Shown: positions 42,196 to 51,455 of the stretch, in pieces
How positions within the stretch are numbered: the first letter of the stretch is position 1
Layout: every line of letters starts with the position of its first letter
Source: Mycobacteriales bacterium
GTDB lineage: Bacteria; Actinomycetota; Actinomycetes; Mycobacteriales; QHCD01
DNA: 64,000 nucleotides
Reading direction: 5' to 3'
NCBI GenBank assembly: GCA_040414495.1
Contig: JBEDUI010000239.1
Location: 11,501-75,500, forward strand
Position numbers and translations under genes: made by a program
Notes under the pieces: generated by a model
The model's database searches: none
Told to the model about the DNA's origin: nothing
The model's input: only the letters and a program-made list of their open reading frames with translations

Positions 42196-44832
42196 TCTTC
42201 GACAAGCCAGGAAGCGACCGGTCAGCGCGCGGCGCGACTGGCCGACGAAGCCGACCGGTTGGTCGGCGTAGCCCCGCTGAAGGCGCGACAGAAGGCCGCT
42301 GAGGCAGCCAGCGCCGCCCGGGCGGCCGGCGATCCGGTCGCGAGGTCCGCCGCGCTGCGCGCTGACGCGCTGGCCGCACTGGCGCTCGGGCAGGTGGACG
42401 CCGCGGCCGAGTCGATCGCCCGGGCGGTGCTGGTGGCCGACCGGGCCGGTCAGTCGCAGGCGGCCGGCGAGGCCCGGATAACCCACGCACTGGTCCTCTA
42501 CCGGCGAGGCAAGACCGCGGCGGCGTTGACGCAGCTCGACCGGGCCAAGGCCCAGCTGCGCGGCGCGGTCATCGGGCGGTTGCTGTTGCAGCGCGGCCTG
42601 ATCCTGCAGGAGTTGGGCCGCGACGCCGACGCGTTGGCCGCCTATCGCGATGCCGCGCCATCGTTGCGCGCCGCCGGCGACCTGAGTCGACTGGCCCGCC
42701 TGCACAACAACCGCGGCAACCTGCACGTCCTGCGCGGTGCCCTCTCCGCCGCACACCGCGACCTGTCGACCGCGCACCGGCTCTACTCCGACCTGGGACA
42801 GCAGAGCCTGGCCGCCGACGTGGTGTGGAACATCGGCTTCCTGGCGGCCCGACGCGGCGACGTACCCGAAGCGCTGGCCCGGTACGACGAAGCCGAGGCG
42901 GTGCACCGGGAGCTGGGTACGCCGAATCCCGAGCTGCTGCTGGACCGCTGTGAGTTGCTGCTCGCGGTCGGGCTGAACGAGGAGGCACGGGCGACGGCGG
43001 AGAGGGCCGTACCGGCCCTGCGGGCGGCCGGCATGTCGACCCACGCCGCCGACGGCATGCTCATGCTGGCGCAGGCCGCGCTGGCCGACTCCGACCCGGC
43101 CACCGCGCGGGAGGCGGCGCAGCGGGCGGCCCGGTCGTATGCCCGGCAACGGCGGCCCCGGTGGGCCCTGATGGCGCGGTCGGTGGCGTTGCGGGCGGAC
43201 GAGCGCGGCGGCGTACCGGCCCGGCGACTACGGACCGGGGCGTTGCGGCTCGCGGCCGAGCTGGATCGGGCCGGCTGGCGGGCGCAGGCGTTGGACGCCC
43301 GGCTCATCGCGGCCTGCGCGGCACTCGAGCTGGGTGCGACCCGGACGGCGAGCGCGGAACTGCAGCGGACCGGCGCGGCCCGGCGAACCGGCCCGCTGTC
43401 GCTACGGACCCGCGCCTGGTACGCGGAGGCGCTACTCCGCCAAGCCGCCGGCAACACGGCCGGAGCCGAACGGGCGCTGCGGGCTGGCCTGGATGCGATC
43501 GACCGGGAACGGGCGACGCTGGGCGCCACCGAACTGCGGGCGCACATGGCCAGCCACGCCGGCGAGCTGGCGGTACTGGGGGTCGAGCTGGCCGAGCAGA
43601 GCGGGTCGGCCCGCAAGGTCCTGACCTGGACCGAACGATGGCGGGCCGGCGCGCTGCACATGGTCCCGGCGCGGCCGCCGGACGACGAGCGGCTGGCCGA
43701 CAGCCTGGCCGAACTGCGCCGGGTCACCGCCGCCCTGGAGTCGGCGCAGCTGGAAGGCCGCTCGACCGGCCAGCTCTCCGCCCGCCGCGGCGCGCTGGAG
43801 CAGCAGGTGCGCCAGCAGACCCGGCGCACCACCGGCACCGGCCTGCGTACGCCGCTGTCCCCGCCACGGATCGAGGAGCTGACGCCGGCCCTCGGCGATG
43901 CCGTACTCATCGAGCTGGTCGACCACCGCGGCACGCTGCTCGCGGTGACGGTACGGGACAGGCATACCGTGCTGACCCGGCTTGGCCCGCTGGACGCCGC
44001 GGCCCGGGCCGGCGAATCGGCGCGGTTCGCGCTGCGCCGGCTGGCCACCGGACATGGCGCGCGGGAACCGGCCCGGCATGCGCTGGCCGCGGCCGGAAAG
44101 CGGCTGGATGCGTTGTTGCTCGATCCGGTTCGGGCCATCATCGAGGACCGGCCGCTGGTGATCGCTCCGCCCGGCGCGTTGCAGGCGTTGCCCTGGCGGG
44201 TGCTGCCGACCTGCGCCGCCCGCCCGGTCACGGTCGCGCCCTCGGCCGCAAGCTGGCTGCGTACCTGCGCGGTCACGGCGCCGGATCCGGCCGGGCAGGT
44301 GGTGCTCATGGCCGGTCCGCGATTGCCGGCGGCGGACGCTGAGGTCGCGGAATTGGCCGGCAGCTATCCGGGCGCGGTGTGCCTGCGCGGCGTGGACGCC
44401 ACTGCCGAGGCGACGCTGCAGGGGCTGGATGGCGCCGATATCGCCCACCTGGCGGCGCACGGCCGGCTGCGTCGGGACAATGCGCTGTTCTCGGCGATCG
44501 ACTGCGCCGACGGGCCGATCACGGTCTACGACTTCGAGCGGTTACGGGTCGCGCCACGGCTGGTGGTGTTGTCAGCATGCCAATCCGGCGTCGCCACGGT
44601 TACTGCCGGAGACGAGCTAATGGGGCTGACCGCGTCGTTGTTTGCGCTCGGTACTCGATCGATCGTCGCGACTGTCGTGCCAGTGGAAGATTCGGCGACA
44701 GCGCCGTTGATGGCGGCTATGCACCGACGACTTCGGGCCGGTGATCGACCGGCAACTGCTTTGGCAACCGCGGCAGAAGAATTTCCAGACCCGGTCAGTG
44801 CCGCTGGCTTTGTCTGCTACGGGGCCGGCTGA
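42169..44832 (+). CDS. TPR-repeat / CHAT-domain (caspase-like) protease
   Basis: About 600 aa of Ala/Leu/Arg-rich helical repeats, then the CHAT His-Cys dyad context (IAHLAAHGRL ... RLVVLSACQSG). The start is uncertain: the ATG at 42169 is the first start beyond the LuxR gene and has no clear SD. Confidence 0.85.
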   Translation: MPDTSGLNSSSTSQEATGQRAARLADEADRLVGVAPLKARQKAAEAASAARAAGDPVARSAALRADALAALALGQVDAAAESIARAVLVADRAGQSQAAGEARITHALVLYRRGKTAAALTQLDRAKAQLRGAVIGRLLLQRGLILQELGRDADALAAYRDAAPSLRAAGDLSRLARLHNNRGNLHVLRGALSAAHRDLSTAHRLYSDLGQQSLAADVVWNIGFLAARRGDVPEALARYDEAEAVHRELGTPNPELLLDRCELLLAVGLNEEARATAERAVPALRAAGMSTHAADGMLMLAQAALADSDPATAREAAQRAARSYARQRRPRWALMARSVALRADERGGVPARRLRTGALRLAAELDRAGWRAQALDARLIAACAALELGATRTASAELQRTGAARRTGPLSLRTRAWYAEALLRQAAGNTAGAERALRAGLDAIDRERATLGATELRAHMASHAGELAVLGVELAEQSGSARKVLTWTERWRAGALHMVPARPPDDERLADSLAELRRVTAALESAQLEGRSTGQLSARRGALEQQVRQQTRRTTGTGLRTPLSPPRIEELTPALGDAVLIELVDHRGTLLAVTVRDRHTVLTRLGPLDAAARAGESARFALRRLATGHGAREPARHALAAAGKRLDALLLDPVRAIIEDRPLVIAPPGALQALPWRVLPTCAARPVTVAPSAASWLRTCAVTAPDPAGQVVLMAGPRLPAADAEVAELAGSYPGAVCLRGVDATAEATLQGLDGADIAHLAAHGRLRRDNALFSAIDCADGPITVYDFERLRVAPRLVVLSACQSGVATVTAGDELMGLTASLFALGTRSIVATVVPVEDSATAPLMAAMHRRLRAGDRPATALATAAEEFPDPVSAAGFVCYGAG

Positions 44833-45365
44833 TTACGTTACCGGAGTGCGGATTCCCCTGTGACAGCGCGAAGTTCGTAGACCGAAACCAACGCAAATCG
44901 ACGATTCAGCGGTCGTATTGAGCTGCAGGTCTGTGAAATTCAGCGCAATGTAGTTGCATACGACGACGATGGTTGTGTTGGTTTGTTTTGCCGCTGTAGC
45001 TGGGCCTCTAGCTCGAACGGTGGCCGTGCGACCGGAGAGAGTCCCCCTAATCCCTCTCCGGTCACGGCCCCCCGAAATGCCCCCGCTGAACAGAACTCGC
45101 TACGTGTTCGCTGATACATCGGCCTGCCGTACAAGAAGAATTGAGTTACTGCGCACGACGAAACGCTCACATGAAGTGATCATTCGGCCACTCTTTCGGC
45201 GAAATACGGTGATGGACACCACGGGCTTATCGATTCTCGGGACAGACCGGCACCGACAGTGCTTCACTCATCGCCACAGCCAATTTCGAGCAGGATCGGG
45301 GCGCTGGTCGCCCCGTTTGGCATTTAGCTCGAGATGGGCCGACCTACGAGAGGACCAGGGGAGGG

Positions 45366-45578
45366 ATGATGGATCCACGAGAACGTCTCATGACCCCGGG
45401 TGAGGTTGCCACACTCTTCCGCGTCGACCCGAAGACTGTGACACGTTGGGCCGCGGCTGGACGCATCCACAGCATTCGCACCCCGGGTGGGCACCGCCGC
45501 TTCCTTGAATCTGAGGTTCAGGCACTGCTCAAGGAACTGTCAGGCGAAGGCGACTCATCTTCCGCCGCGTCGTCCTAA
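45366..45578 (+). CDS. bldC: BldC-like small MerR-family DNA-binding protein
   Basis: LMTPGEVATLFRVDPKTVTRWAAAGRIHSIRTPGGHRRFLESEVQALL closely matches Streptomyces BldC as I recall it. 70 aa. RBS ggggaggg. Confidence 0.85.
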   Translation: MMDPRERLMTPGEVATLFRVDPKTVTRWAAAGRIHSIRTPGGHRRFLESEVQALLKELSGEGDSSSAASS

Positions 45579-45677
45579 TCGGGTACGACTCGGTGCGTCA
45601 GGCCGGTCGAATTCCTCACAACCCGACCGCTGCTTGTCCCGGCCGCTAGGCTGGGACGGGTAGGGGGTGGTCCGCAG

Positions 45678-45896
45678 GTGATCGGAATCATTGCGGTGCT
45701 CGTCGTGGCCGGTCTGGCGATCATGCTCTGGCGCTTGGTAGCCAGTCAGTACGCGGCGGGGCGGGAGTCCGGGGCGCCGAGCAGGCCGCGGTCGGTTCGT
45801 AAGCCGCGTCGCGCGCCGATGGTCCCTCCCGATGACGACCCGGAGTTCCTGGCCGAGTTGTCGCGCCGCACCCGCCGGGATGACGAGCAGTCCTGA
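45678..45896 (+). CDS. Small single-TM protein with basic/acidic tail
   Basis: 72 aa. N-terminal helix IGIIAVLVVAGLAIMLWRLV, good third-position G+C, GTG preceded by aggggg. Confidence 0.55.
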   Translation: MIGIIAVLVVAGLAIMLWRLVASQYAAGRESGAPSRPRSVRKPRRAPMVPPDDDPEFLAELSRRTRRDDEQS

Positions 45897-45900
45897 CGCT

Positions 45901-48555
45901 TTACTCGTCCGGTTGCGCCGCCTCAGCTGACGGCTGAGCGTTCCCGGCCGACCAATCCGGCTGTCCCATCGCGTTCGGCTGCGTAATCGCTCCCGGCTGA
46001 TCCACGAAACCCTGCGGCATCGGCTGCCCCACCCCCAGCGGCTGGCCCATCCCCATTGGCGGCTGCTGCATCGACGGGTGCTCGTTCGGCGGAACCGGCT
46101 GACCCGGGTAACCGGCCTGCGGCTGACCGGGGAAGCCAGCGGCCACCTGCGCCGCCAACTCCAGCAACGCGTCACGGGTGGACTGGTGCAGTTCGGCCAG
46201 GTCGACCTCGGCCCCCAACTCCAGGTGTGGGTCGTACGGGATCCGGGTGACCGAGCGGCACCGCGACGCGAAGTGACTTTCCAACGCATCGATGTTGACC
46301 CCGCCCGACTTGGGACGGACCGAGTTGATCACCGCGAGACCGCCGGCGACCAGCTGCGAATAACCGTGCGCCTCCAACCAGTCCAGCGTCGCGCTGGCGC
46401 TACGCGCGCCGTCGACCGAGCCGGAGCTGACCACGACGATCTGGTCGGCGAGCGCCAACACGCCAGACATGGCCGAGTGCAACAAGCCGGTGCCGCAGTC
46501 GGTCAGCACCACGTTGTAGAAGCGCTCCAGCACCGACGCGACGCGGCGGTAGTCCTCCTCGCCGAACGCCAGCGACACCGACGGGTCGCTCTCGGAGGCC
46601 AGCACCTCCAGCCGGTCCGGTGACTGGGAGGTGTAGCGGCGGATGTCGGAGTACGTCTGGATCCGGTCCACGTCGTTGAGCAGGTTCCGTACGGTGGCCG
46701 TGGTCTGCAGCGGAATCTTGCCCGAGAGCGTGCCCCGGTCGGGGTTGGCGTCGACCGCGATCACACGGTCGCCACGCAGCGAAGCCAGGGTCGCGCCGAT
46801 GCACACGGTCGATGTCGTCTTGCCGACGCCGCCCTTGAGGCTGATCACCGCGATCCGGTAGCAGCCGCGCACCGGCACGGTCGCCTGTGCGATCAGCTGG
46901 CGGCGGCGTTGCTCAGCTTTCGCGTGCCCGGGCCGTACGGACATGTTGGAGACGGCCTTACGCCAACCACCGGCGTTCCTGCCCCGCCGGGTGATCAGCG
47001 ACTCCGCGCCGAGCGCGTCGGCACCGGGGCCGGGCGGCGGGCCCGGCTCTGGAGAGGGCTGGCCGGCGAGTTGGTACGGGGTGCGCGGCTGGACGGCCGG
47101 CTGCCCGGCGGCGGCCTGGGGCTGCTCGACTACGCCCTGCGCGCCGGCCTGGAACGCATCGGTCCAGACGAACGGCGGCGGCTCAGGGGGTCGGGCCTGC
47201 TGAGGTCGGCTCGGTGGCGCTGACTGCTGCCACCGCTCCTCGCGTTGGCCCGGCTGACCGTGTTGCTGCTGCGCAGGCGGCGCGGCCTGGGTCGGATGCT
47301 GAGGCGGAGCTGGCGGGTACGGGGCGCGCGGGTACTGAGCAGCCTGCTCGTACGGCGCTCGAGCCGGGTACTGATCGGCCGGCAGGTACGGCGGCCGGGG
47401 CGGATACGGACCCGCTGCCGGGTATTGGCCGGGCGGGACGGGCTGACCGGTCGGCTGACCCTGCGGAACGGGCTGACCTGGTGGAATCTGCTGACCAGAC
47501 GCAGCCGGCGGTCCGGGCGCGACCGGCGGACCAGGTGGAGGTTGCTGACCAGGTGGGATCGGCGGGCCGGGCTGTACGTATGGCTGTTGCCCGGACGCCG
47601 GAGGCGCGCTCATCGGCGGCGGGGCCGGCGGGGGAACCGGCGCCTGGCCCGGTGCGAAGAACTGCGGTTGCCGCGGGACCGGCGGCTGCTGGGCGGGCAG
47701 CTCGTGAGCCGGCGGTTGCTGGGTCGATGGCTGCTGGGTCGATGGCTGCTCATGCTCAGCGGACGCAGCAGGCGCCTCGTCAGTGCCGCCGACTTCAGGC
47801 TGCGTATCTTCAGCGCCTGCCGGGGCGGCAGGCTGGCCCGGCCGAGCCAGATCGGACGAGCCAGGCTGTTGGTCCCACCGGAAGTCCTGGTCGGCCACCG
47901 GAGCCGCCGGCCAGGACTGCGCGACCGACGGTTCGGCGGGCGCCTCGTCCAGCGGCCGGTCCTCCTCGGCCGCGGGCGTCGCCCGGTCCGGCCGGTCGCC
48001 ATCCGCGTCAGCGTCGTCCGGGTCGGCTGCGCGATGCCCGCCATCCCACGCGGCGGCTGACGGCAAGCTGTCCTCGGATTCCGTCGCGGTCGACTGCTCG
48101 ACATCGGGCGGCAACGTGACCTGGACCGAGCTTTGCGGCGCCTCGCGCCACGAATCAATCGCCGCACCGCTCAGCCCGCCCTGATCCACGGCAGACGCCG
48201 GCGGTCCGGAATCCGCCGGATGCCACCCGCTCTCGGATGACGTCAGGGAGGTGACCGCGTCCCAGCCCTCGACCGGTGGACCGGGCGGCGGCGCCTGGGG
48301 TCCCGGCGGCTGCCAGGCCGGCGGTGGCGTAGCGGAACCGGGCTGGTGCCAGGGACTGGTCGGCGGCACTACGCCCGGCTCAGGAACACCTGGCGGCGGG
48401 GTCGATCCGGGCAACTGCTGACCGCCCCCGTCGGCTACCGCGTTCTCCGCCGACGGCTCCTGAGCCTCGCCGAGCATGTTCTGGAACGCGTCCCAGCGCG
48501 CCACCGCGTCGGCATCGGGCTCGTCGTCATCCGACTTGCGCCGAAATAAGCTCAC
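45901..48555 (-). CDS. ParA/MinD-like P-loop ATPase with an N-terminal Pro/Gln/Ala-rich disordered region of about 540 aa and a Pro/Gln/Gly-rich C-terminal tail
   Basis: Deviant Walker A in IAVISLKGGVGKTTSTV, VIAVDANPDRGTL, VVLTDCGTG. The rest is low complexity (PPPGPPVAPGPPAASGQQIPPGQPVPQGQPTGQP...). The GTG at 48555 is preceded by ggagagg. Confidence 0.85.
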   Translation of the reverse strand: MSLFRRKSDDDEPDADAVARWDAFQNMLGEAQEPSAENAVADGGGQQLPGSTPPPGVPEPGVVPPTSPWHQPGSATPPPAWQPPGPQAPPPGPPVEGWDAVTSLTSSESGWHPADSGPPASAVDQGGLSGAAIDSWREAPQSSVQVTLPPDVEQSTATESEDSLPSAAAWDGGHRAADPDDADADGDRPDRATPAAEEDRPLDEAPAEPSVAQSWPAAPVADQDFRWDQQPGSSDLARPGQPAAPAGAEDTQPEVGGTDEAPAASAEHEQPSTQQPSTQQPPAHELPAQQPPVPRQPQFFAPGQAPVPPPAPPPMSAPPASGQQPYVQPGPPIPPGQQPPPGPPVAPGPPAASGQQIPPGQPVPQGQPTGQPVPPGQYPAAGPYPPRPPYLPADQYPARAPYEQAAQYPRAPYPPAPPQHPTQAAPPAQQQHGQPGQREERWQQSAPPSRPQQARPPEPPPFVWTDAFQAGAQGVVEQPQAAAGQPAVQPRTPYQLAGQPSPEPGPPPGPGADALGAESLITRRGRNAGGWRKAVSNMSVRPGHAKAEQRRRQLIAQATVPVRGCYRIAVISLKGGVGKTTSTVCIGATLASLRGDRVIAVDANPDRGTLSGKIPLQTTATVRNLLNDVDRIQTYSDIRRYTSQSPDRLEVLASESDPSVSLAFGEEDYRRVASVLERFYNVVLTDCGTGLLHSAMSGVLALADQIVVVSSGSVDGARSASATLDWLEAHGYSQLVAGGLAVINSVRPKSGGVNIDALESHFASRCRSVTRIPYDPHLELGAEVDLAELHQSTRDALLELAAQVAAGFPGQPQAGYPGQPVPPNEHPSMQQPPMGMGQPLGVGQPMPQGFVDQPGAITQPNAMGQPDWSAGNAQPSAEAAQPDE

Positions 48556-48712
48556 GGTGGACCTCTCCTCCTCGCTGCTCGCGTCCGCTCTGTCCGCGGT
48601 GTCCTACCGCGACGGTACCGGCCGACGCGACGGAATGCCGCTGACAATGCGGACGAAAACCCCAGAGATCTGAAGGAGAGATTATCTCCACGAACGGTAC
48701 GTCGGCAGCCGC

Positions 48713-48773
48713 TAGGGCGTGTTGCTTAAGTCCTCTGCCTGCTGCGCGGCCAGGAGTTAAGCAACACGCCCTA
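48713..48773. repeat. Palindromic element, family C, copy 2 (inverted relative to copy 1); supplies the ccsA stop codon
   Basis: Arm tagggcgtgttgcttaagtcc (48713-48733) pairs with ggagttaagcaacacgcccta (48753-48773), 20 of 21 bp. The loop is the reverse complement of the copy-1 loop (gccgcgcagcaggcag vs gtcgcgcagcaaccag). The terminal cta (48771-48773) is the ccsA TAG. Confidence 0.85.
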
Positions 48774-49793
48774 GTTCAGGCCGGCGTACGAGTGCAGACC
48801 CGACACGACGATATTGATGACGAAGAAGTTGAAGATCATCGCGGTGAAGCCGATCAAGTTGATCACCGCGGCCTTGTTGCCCTTCCAACCGGCGGTCGCG
48901 CGGGCGTGCAGATACGCCGCGTAGATGACCCAAGTGATCAGCGCCCAGGTCTCCTTCGGGTCCCAGCTCCAGTACTTGCCCCAGGCCGCCTCGGCCCAGA
49001 TCGCTCCGCAGATGATGCCGAACGTGTAGAGCGGGAAACCAAACGCGACGGTGCGGTAGGCCATCCGATCCAGGCTGGCGGCCGAGGGCAGCCGCGAACC
49101 CAGCGACCGGACCCGGCTCGGCTCCGTACCTTCGGCGACGGCGACCTTGTCGGCGTGCACGCGGACCAGGTACAGGATCGTGCCGACCGAGCTGACCAGG
49201 AAGATGCCGGTGCCGACCGCGGCGGCGCTGACGTGAATCGCGAGCCAATACGAGTGCAGCGCCGGGACCAACTGCTCGGCCTGCGCGTACAGCACGGTGC
49301 CGCCGAGGAACATCAGCACGACGACCGGGAGCAGCACGAACCCACCGAGGAACCGCAGCTTGGGCTGGCGGATCAGCACGACCAGGAACGCCACCACCGC
49401 GACCAGGCAGGCCACCGAGGTGAACTCGTACATGTTGCCCCACGGCACCCGGTCCACCGACGCGCCGCGGATCGAGACCGCGGCCGCGTGCACCAGCGCG
49501 CCGAGAATCAGCAGCGCGACGCCGACCCGGCCGAACCGCTCGGCCAGGTTGAGATCACGTGGGGCGTCATCATCGGTCGGCGGAGTGACCGAGTCGGAGG
49601 TGGCCGTGACGTCCGGTCCGCCGGCACCGACCAGCACCTTGGCCTCCGGCGCGGCGACGGCGCTGGTGCGGGCGACCCGGCCGCGACGGCCGTATGCATA
49701 CTCGGCGCCGAGGCTGATCATCGCCACCGCATAGGCGACGATCGCGAACGCGTAGAGGGTGTTGGAAAGGTGAGCCAACGCCGTGGTACCCAC
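48771..49793 (-). CDS. ccsA: Cytochrome c biogenesis protein CcsA/ResC
   Basis: WGKYWSWDPKETWALITW tryptophan-rich haem-handling motif; polytopic, 340 aa. Confidence 0.92.
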   Translation of the reverse strand: MGTTALAHLSNTLYAFAIVAYAVAMISLGAEYAYGRRGRVARTSAVAAPEAKVLVGAGGPDVTATSDSVTPPTDDDAPRDLNLAERFGRVGVALLILGALVHAAAVSIRGASVDRVPWGNMYEFTSVACLVAVVAFLVVLIRQPKLRFLGGFVLLPVVVLMFLGGTVLYAQAEQLVPALHSYWLAIHVSAAAVGTGIFLVSSVGTILYLVRVHADKVAVAEGTEPSRVRSLGSRLPSAASLDRMAYRTVAFGFPLYTFGIICGAIWAEAAWGKYWSWDPKETWALITWVIYAAYLHARATAGWKGNKAAVINLIGFTAMIFNFFVINIVVSGLHSYAGLN

Positions 49794-49796
49794 GTA

Positions 49797-51455
49797 TCAA
49801 TCCTCTCCGTCTGGCTCGGCCGGCTTATCGCGCAGCCGTGTGGTGATCTGCCGGAACTCGTCCGAGAAGACGCCGGCATCGGTGCGAGCCAGACCACCTA
49901 GCTCGATAACCGTACGATGTTCGCCCTGCCCGGGATCGCCTGGGGTGGCGCGCAACCAGAGTCGGCGCCGCCGGAGCCGCATCGACAGAACCAGGCCGAG
50001 CACGATGCAGCCGGCGGCGATCAGCACGATCGTCTGCGCCGGGTCGCGGGAGACCTGCAGGCTGGCCCATTCCTTGTAGCCGGTGAACGTGATCGTCGTG
50101 CCGTCGGCCAGCTTGTACGACTGGTTCGGGCCGAGGTTCTTGCGGCCGACCTGCTTCAACGCGCCGTTGGCCAACTGGTCGCGGTCGATCGAGTAGACCG
50201 ACTGTGGGGCACCGCTGTCCAGGCCGAGATTGCCTTCGTACGCGAAGATCGCGACCTTCGGTGCGGTGGCCTGCGGCCAGATCGAGGTGAGCACGCCCTT
50301 CTGGGTCTCGGCCGCGGTCGGCAGGAACAGGCCGTCGATTGCGATCTGTTTGGGTTTGGCGTCCGGCAGTTTGATCGCGCCCTGCGAGCTGTACGCCGAG
50401 TCCTGCGGCAGGAACGGGGCCGAGACGTTCTTGAACACCTGCCCGCTCGGGTCCTTGACCGTGAACGTCGGGGCGAATCCGTGGCCGAGCAGATAGAGCC
50501 GCAGGCCTTCGATCCGCAGCGGGTGATTCACCTGCAGTACGTCGTGCTTCTGCGGGCCGGAAACGCCTTCGGTGTAGGTGATGTCGCCCTTGAACGAGGA
50601 GGCGGTGCCGTCCTTGTCGTACGTCGCACTGAACTTGTTCAGGGTCATGCAGAACGGCGCGATCGACTGGCCGCTCACCAATTCACCCGGGTTGAACGAG
50701 TCGTACTGCTGGACGGTGTTACAGAACCCGTTCCCGTCCATCACGATGATCGAGCCGGTGTAGCCCCACAGCCGGCCGGCCGCGACGGCGAGCAGCAGCA
50801 CGGTCAGCGCGATGTGGAAAAGCAGGTTGCCGGTCTCGCGCAGGTAGCCCTTTTCCGCCGAGACCGTGACCACGCCGTCGGCCTCGTCCCGGGTGACGAC
50901 CCGCCAGCGACCGCGGCGCAGCGTGGCGGCGGCCCGGTCGGCCAGCTCGCGCGGACCGGCCTCGGTGTTCTCGTAGGACGTCGATTCCGGCAGCCGGTGG
51001 AAATGCCGCGGGGCCTTCGGCGGCTGGGCCCGCAACGCGCGAGCGTGCACCCGGATCCGCGGCACCAGGCAGCCGATCAACGAGACGAACAGCAGGATGT
51101 AAATGGCCGCGAACCACGGCGCGCCGAAGACGTTGAACAGGGACAGCTTGTCCATCAGCGGACCGAGCGTCGGGTGCGCCGCCAGGTAGGTGTCGACCTT
51201 CTGCGGGTTGAGCGAGCGCTGCGGCAGCAACGAGCCGGGGATAACGCCCAGGGCCAGCAGGAACAGCAGAACGAGCGCGGTGCGCATGCTGGTCAGCCAG
51301 CGCCAACCCCGGATCGCCCAGGCGAACCGGCGACCGGGCGGCATGACCGGCGGAGCCGGTTTGGTGGAGAGCGAATCGACCGAGTCGACCGCGACCGTGC
51401 CAACCGAGGTATCGACCCGCTGCGGGTCCTGCCGGTCGTCGTCCACTGTGGTCAC
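49797..51455 (-). CDS. resB: Cytochrome c biogenesis protein ResB/CcsB
   Basis: 552 aa with N-terminal TM segments, a large extracytoplasmic domain and a C-terminal TM. Lies between ccdA and ccsA. The GTG at 51455 overlaps the ccdA stop. Confidence 0.9.
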   Translation of the reverse strand: MTTVDDDRQDPQRVDTSVGTVAVDSVDSLSTKPAPPVMPPGRRFAWAIRGWRWLTSMRTALVLLFLLALGVIPGSLLPQRSLNPQKVDTYLAAHPTLGPLMDKLSLFNVFGAPWFAAIYILLFVSLIGCLVPRIRVHARALRAQPPKAPRHFHRLPESTSYENTEAGPRELADRAAATLRRGRWRVVTRDEADGVVTVSAEKGYLRETGNLLFHIALTVLLLAVAAGRLWGYTGSIIVMDGNGFCNTVQQYDSFNPGELVSGQSIAPFCMTLNKFSATYDKDGTASSFKGDITYTEGVSGPQKHDVLQVNHPLRIEGLRLYLLGHGFAPTFTVKDPSGQVFKNVSAPFLPQDSAYSSQGAIKLPDAKPKQIAIDGLFLPTAAETQKGVLTSIWPQATAPKVAIFAYEGNLGLDSGAPQSVYSIDRDQLANGALKQVGRKNLGPNQSYKLADGTTITFTGYKEWASLQVSRDPAQTIVLIAAGCIVLGLVLSMRLRRRRLWLRATPGDPGQGEHRTVIELGGLARTDAGVFSDEFRQITTRLRDKPAEPDGED

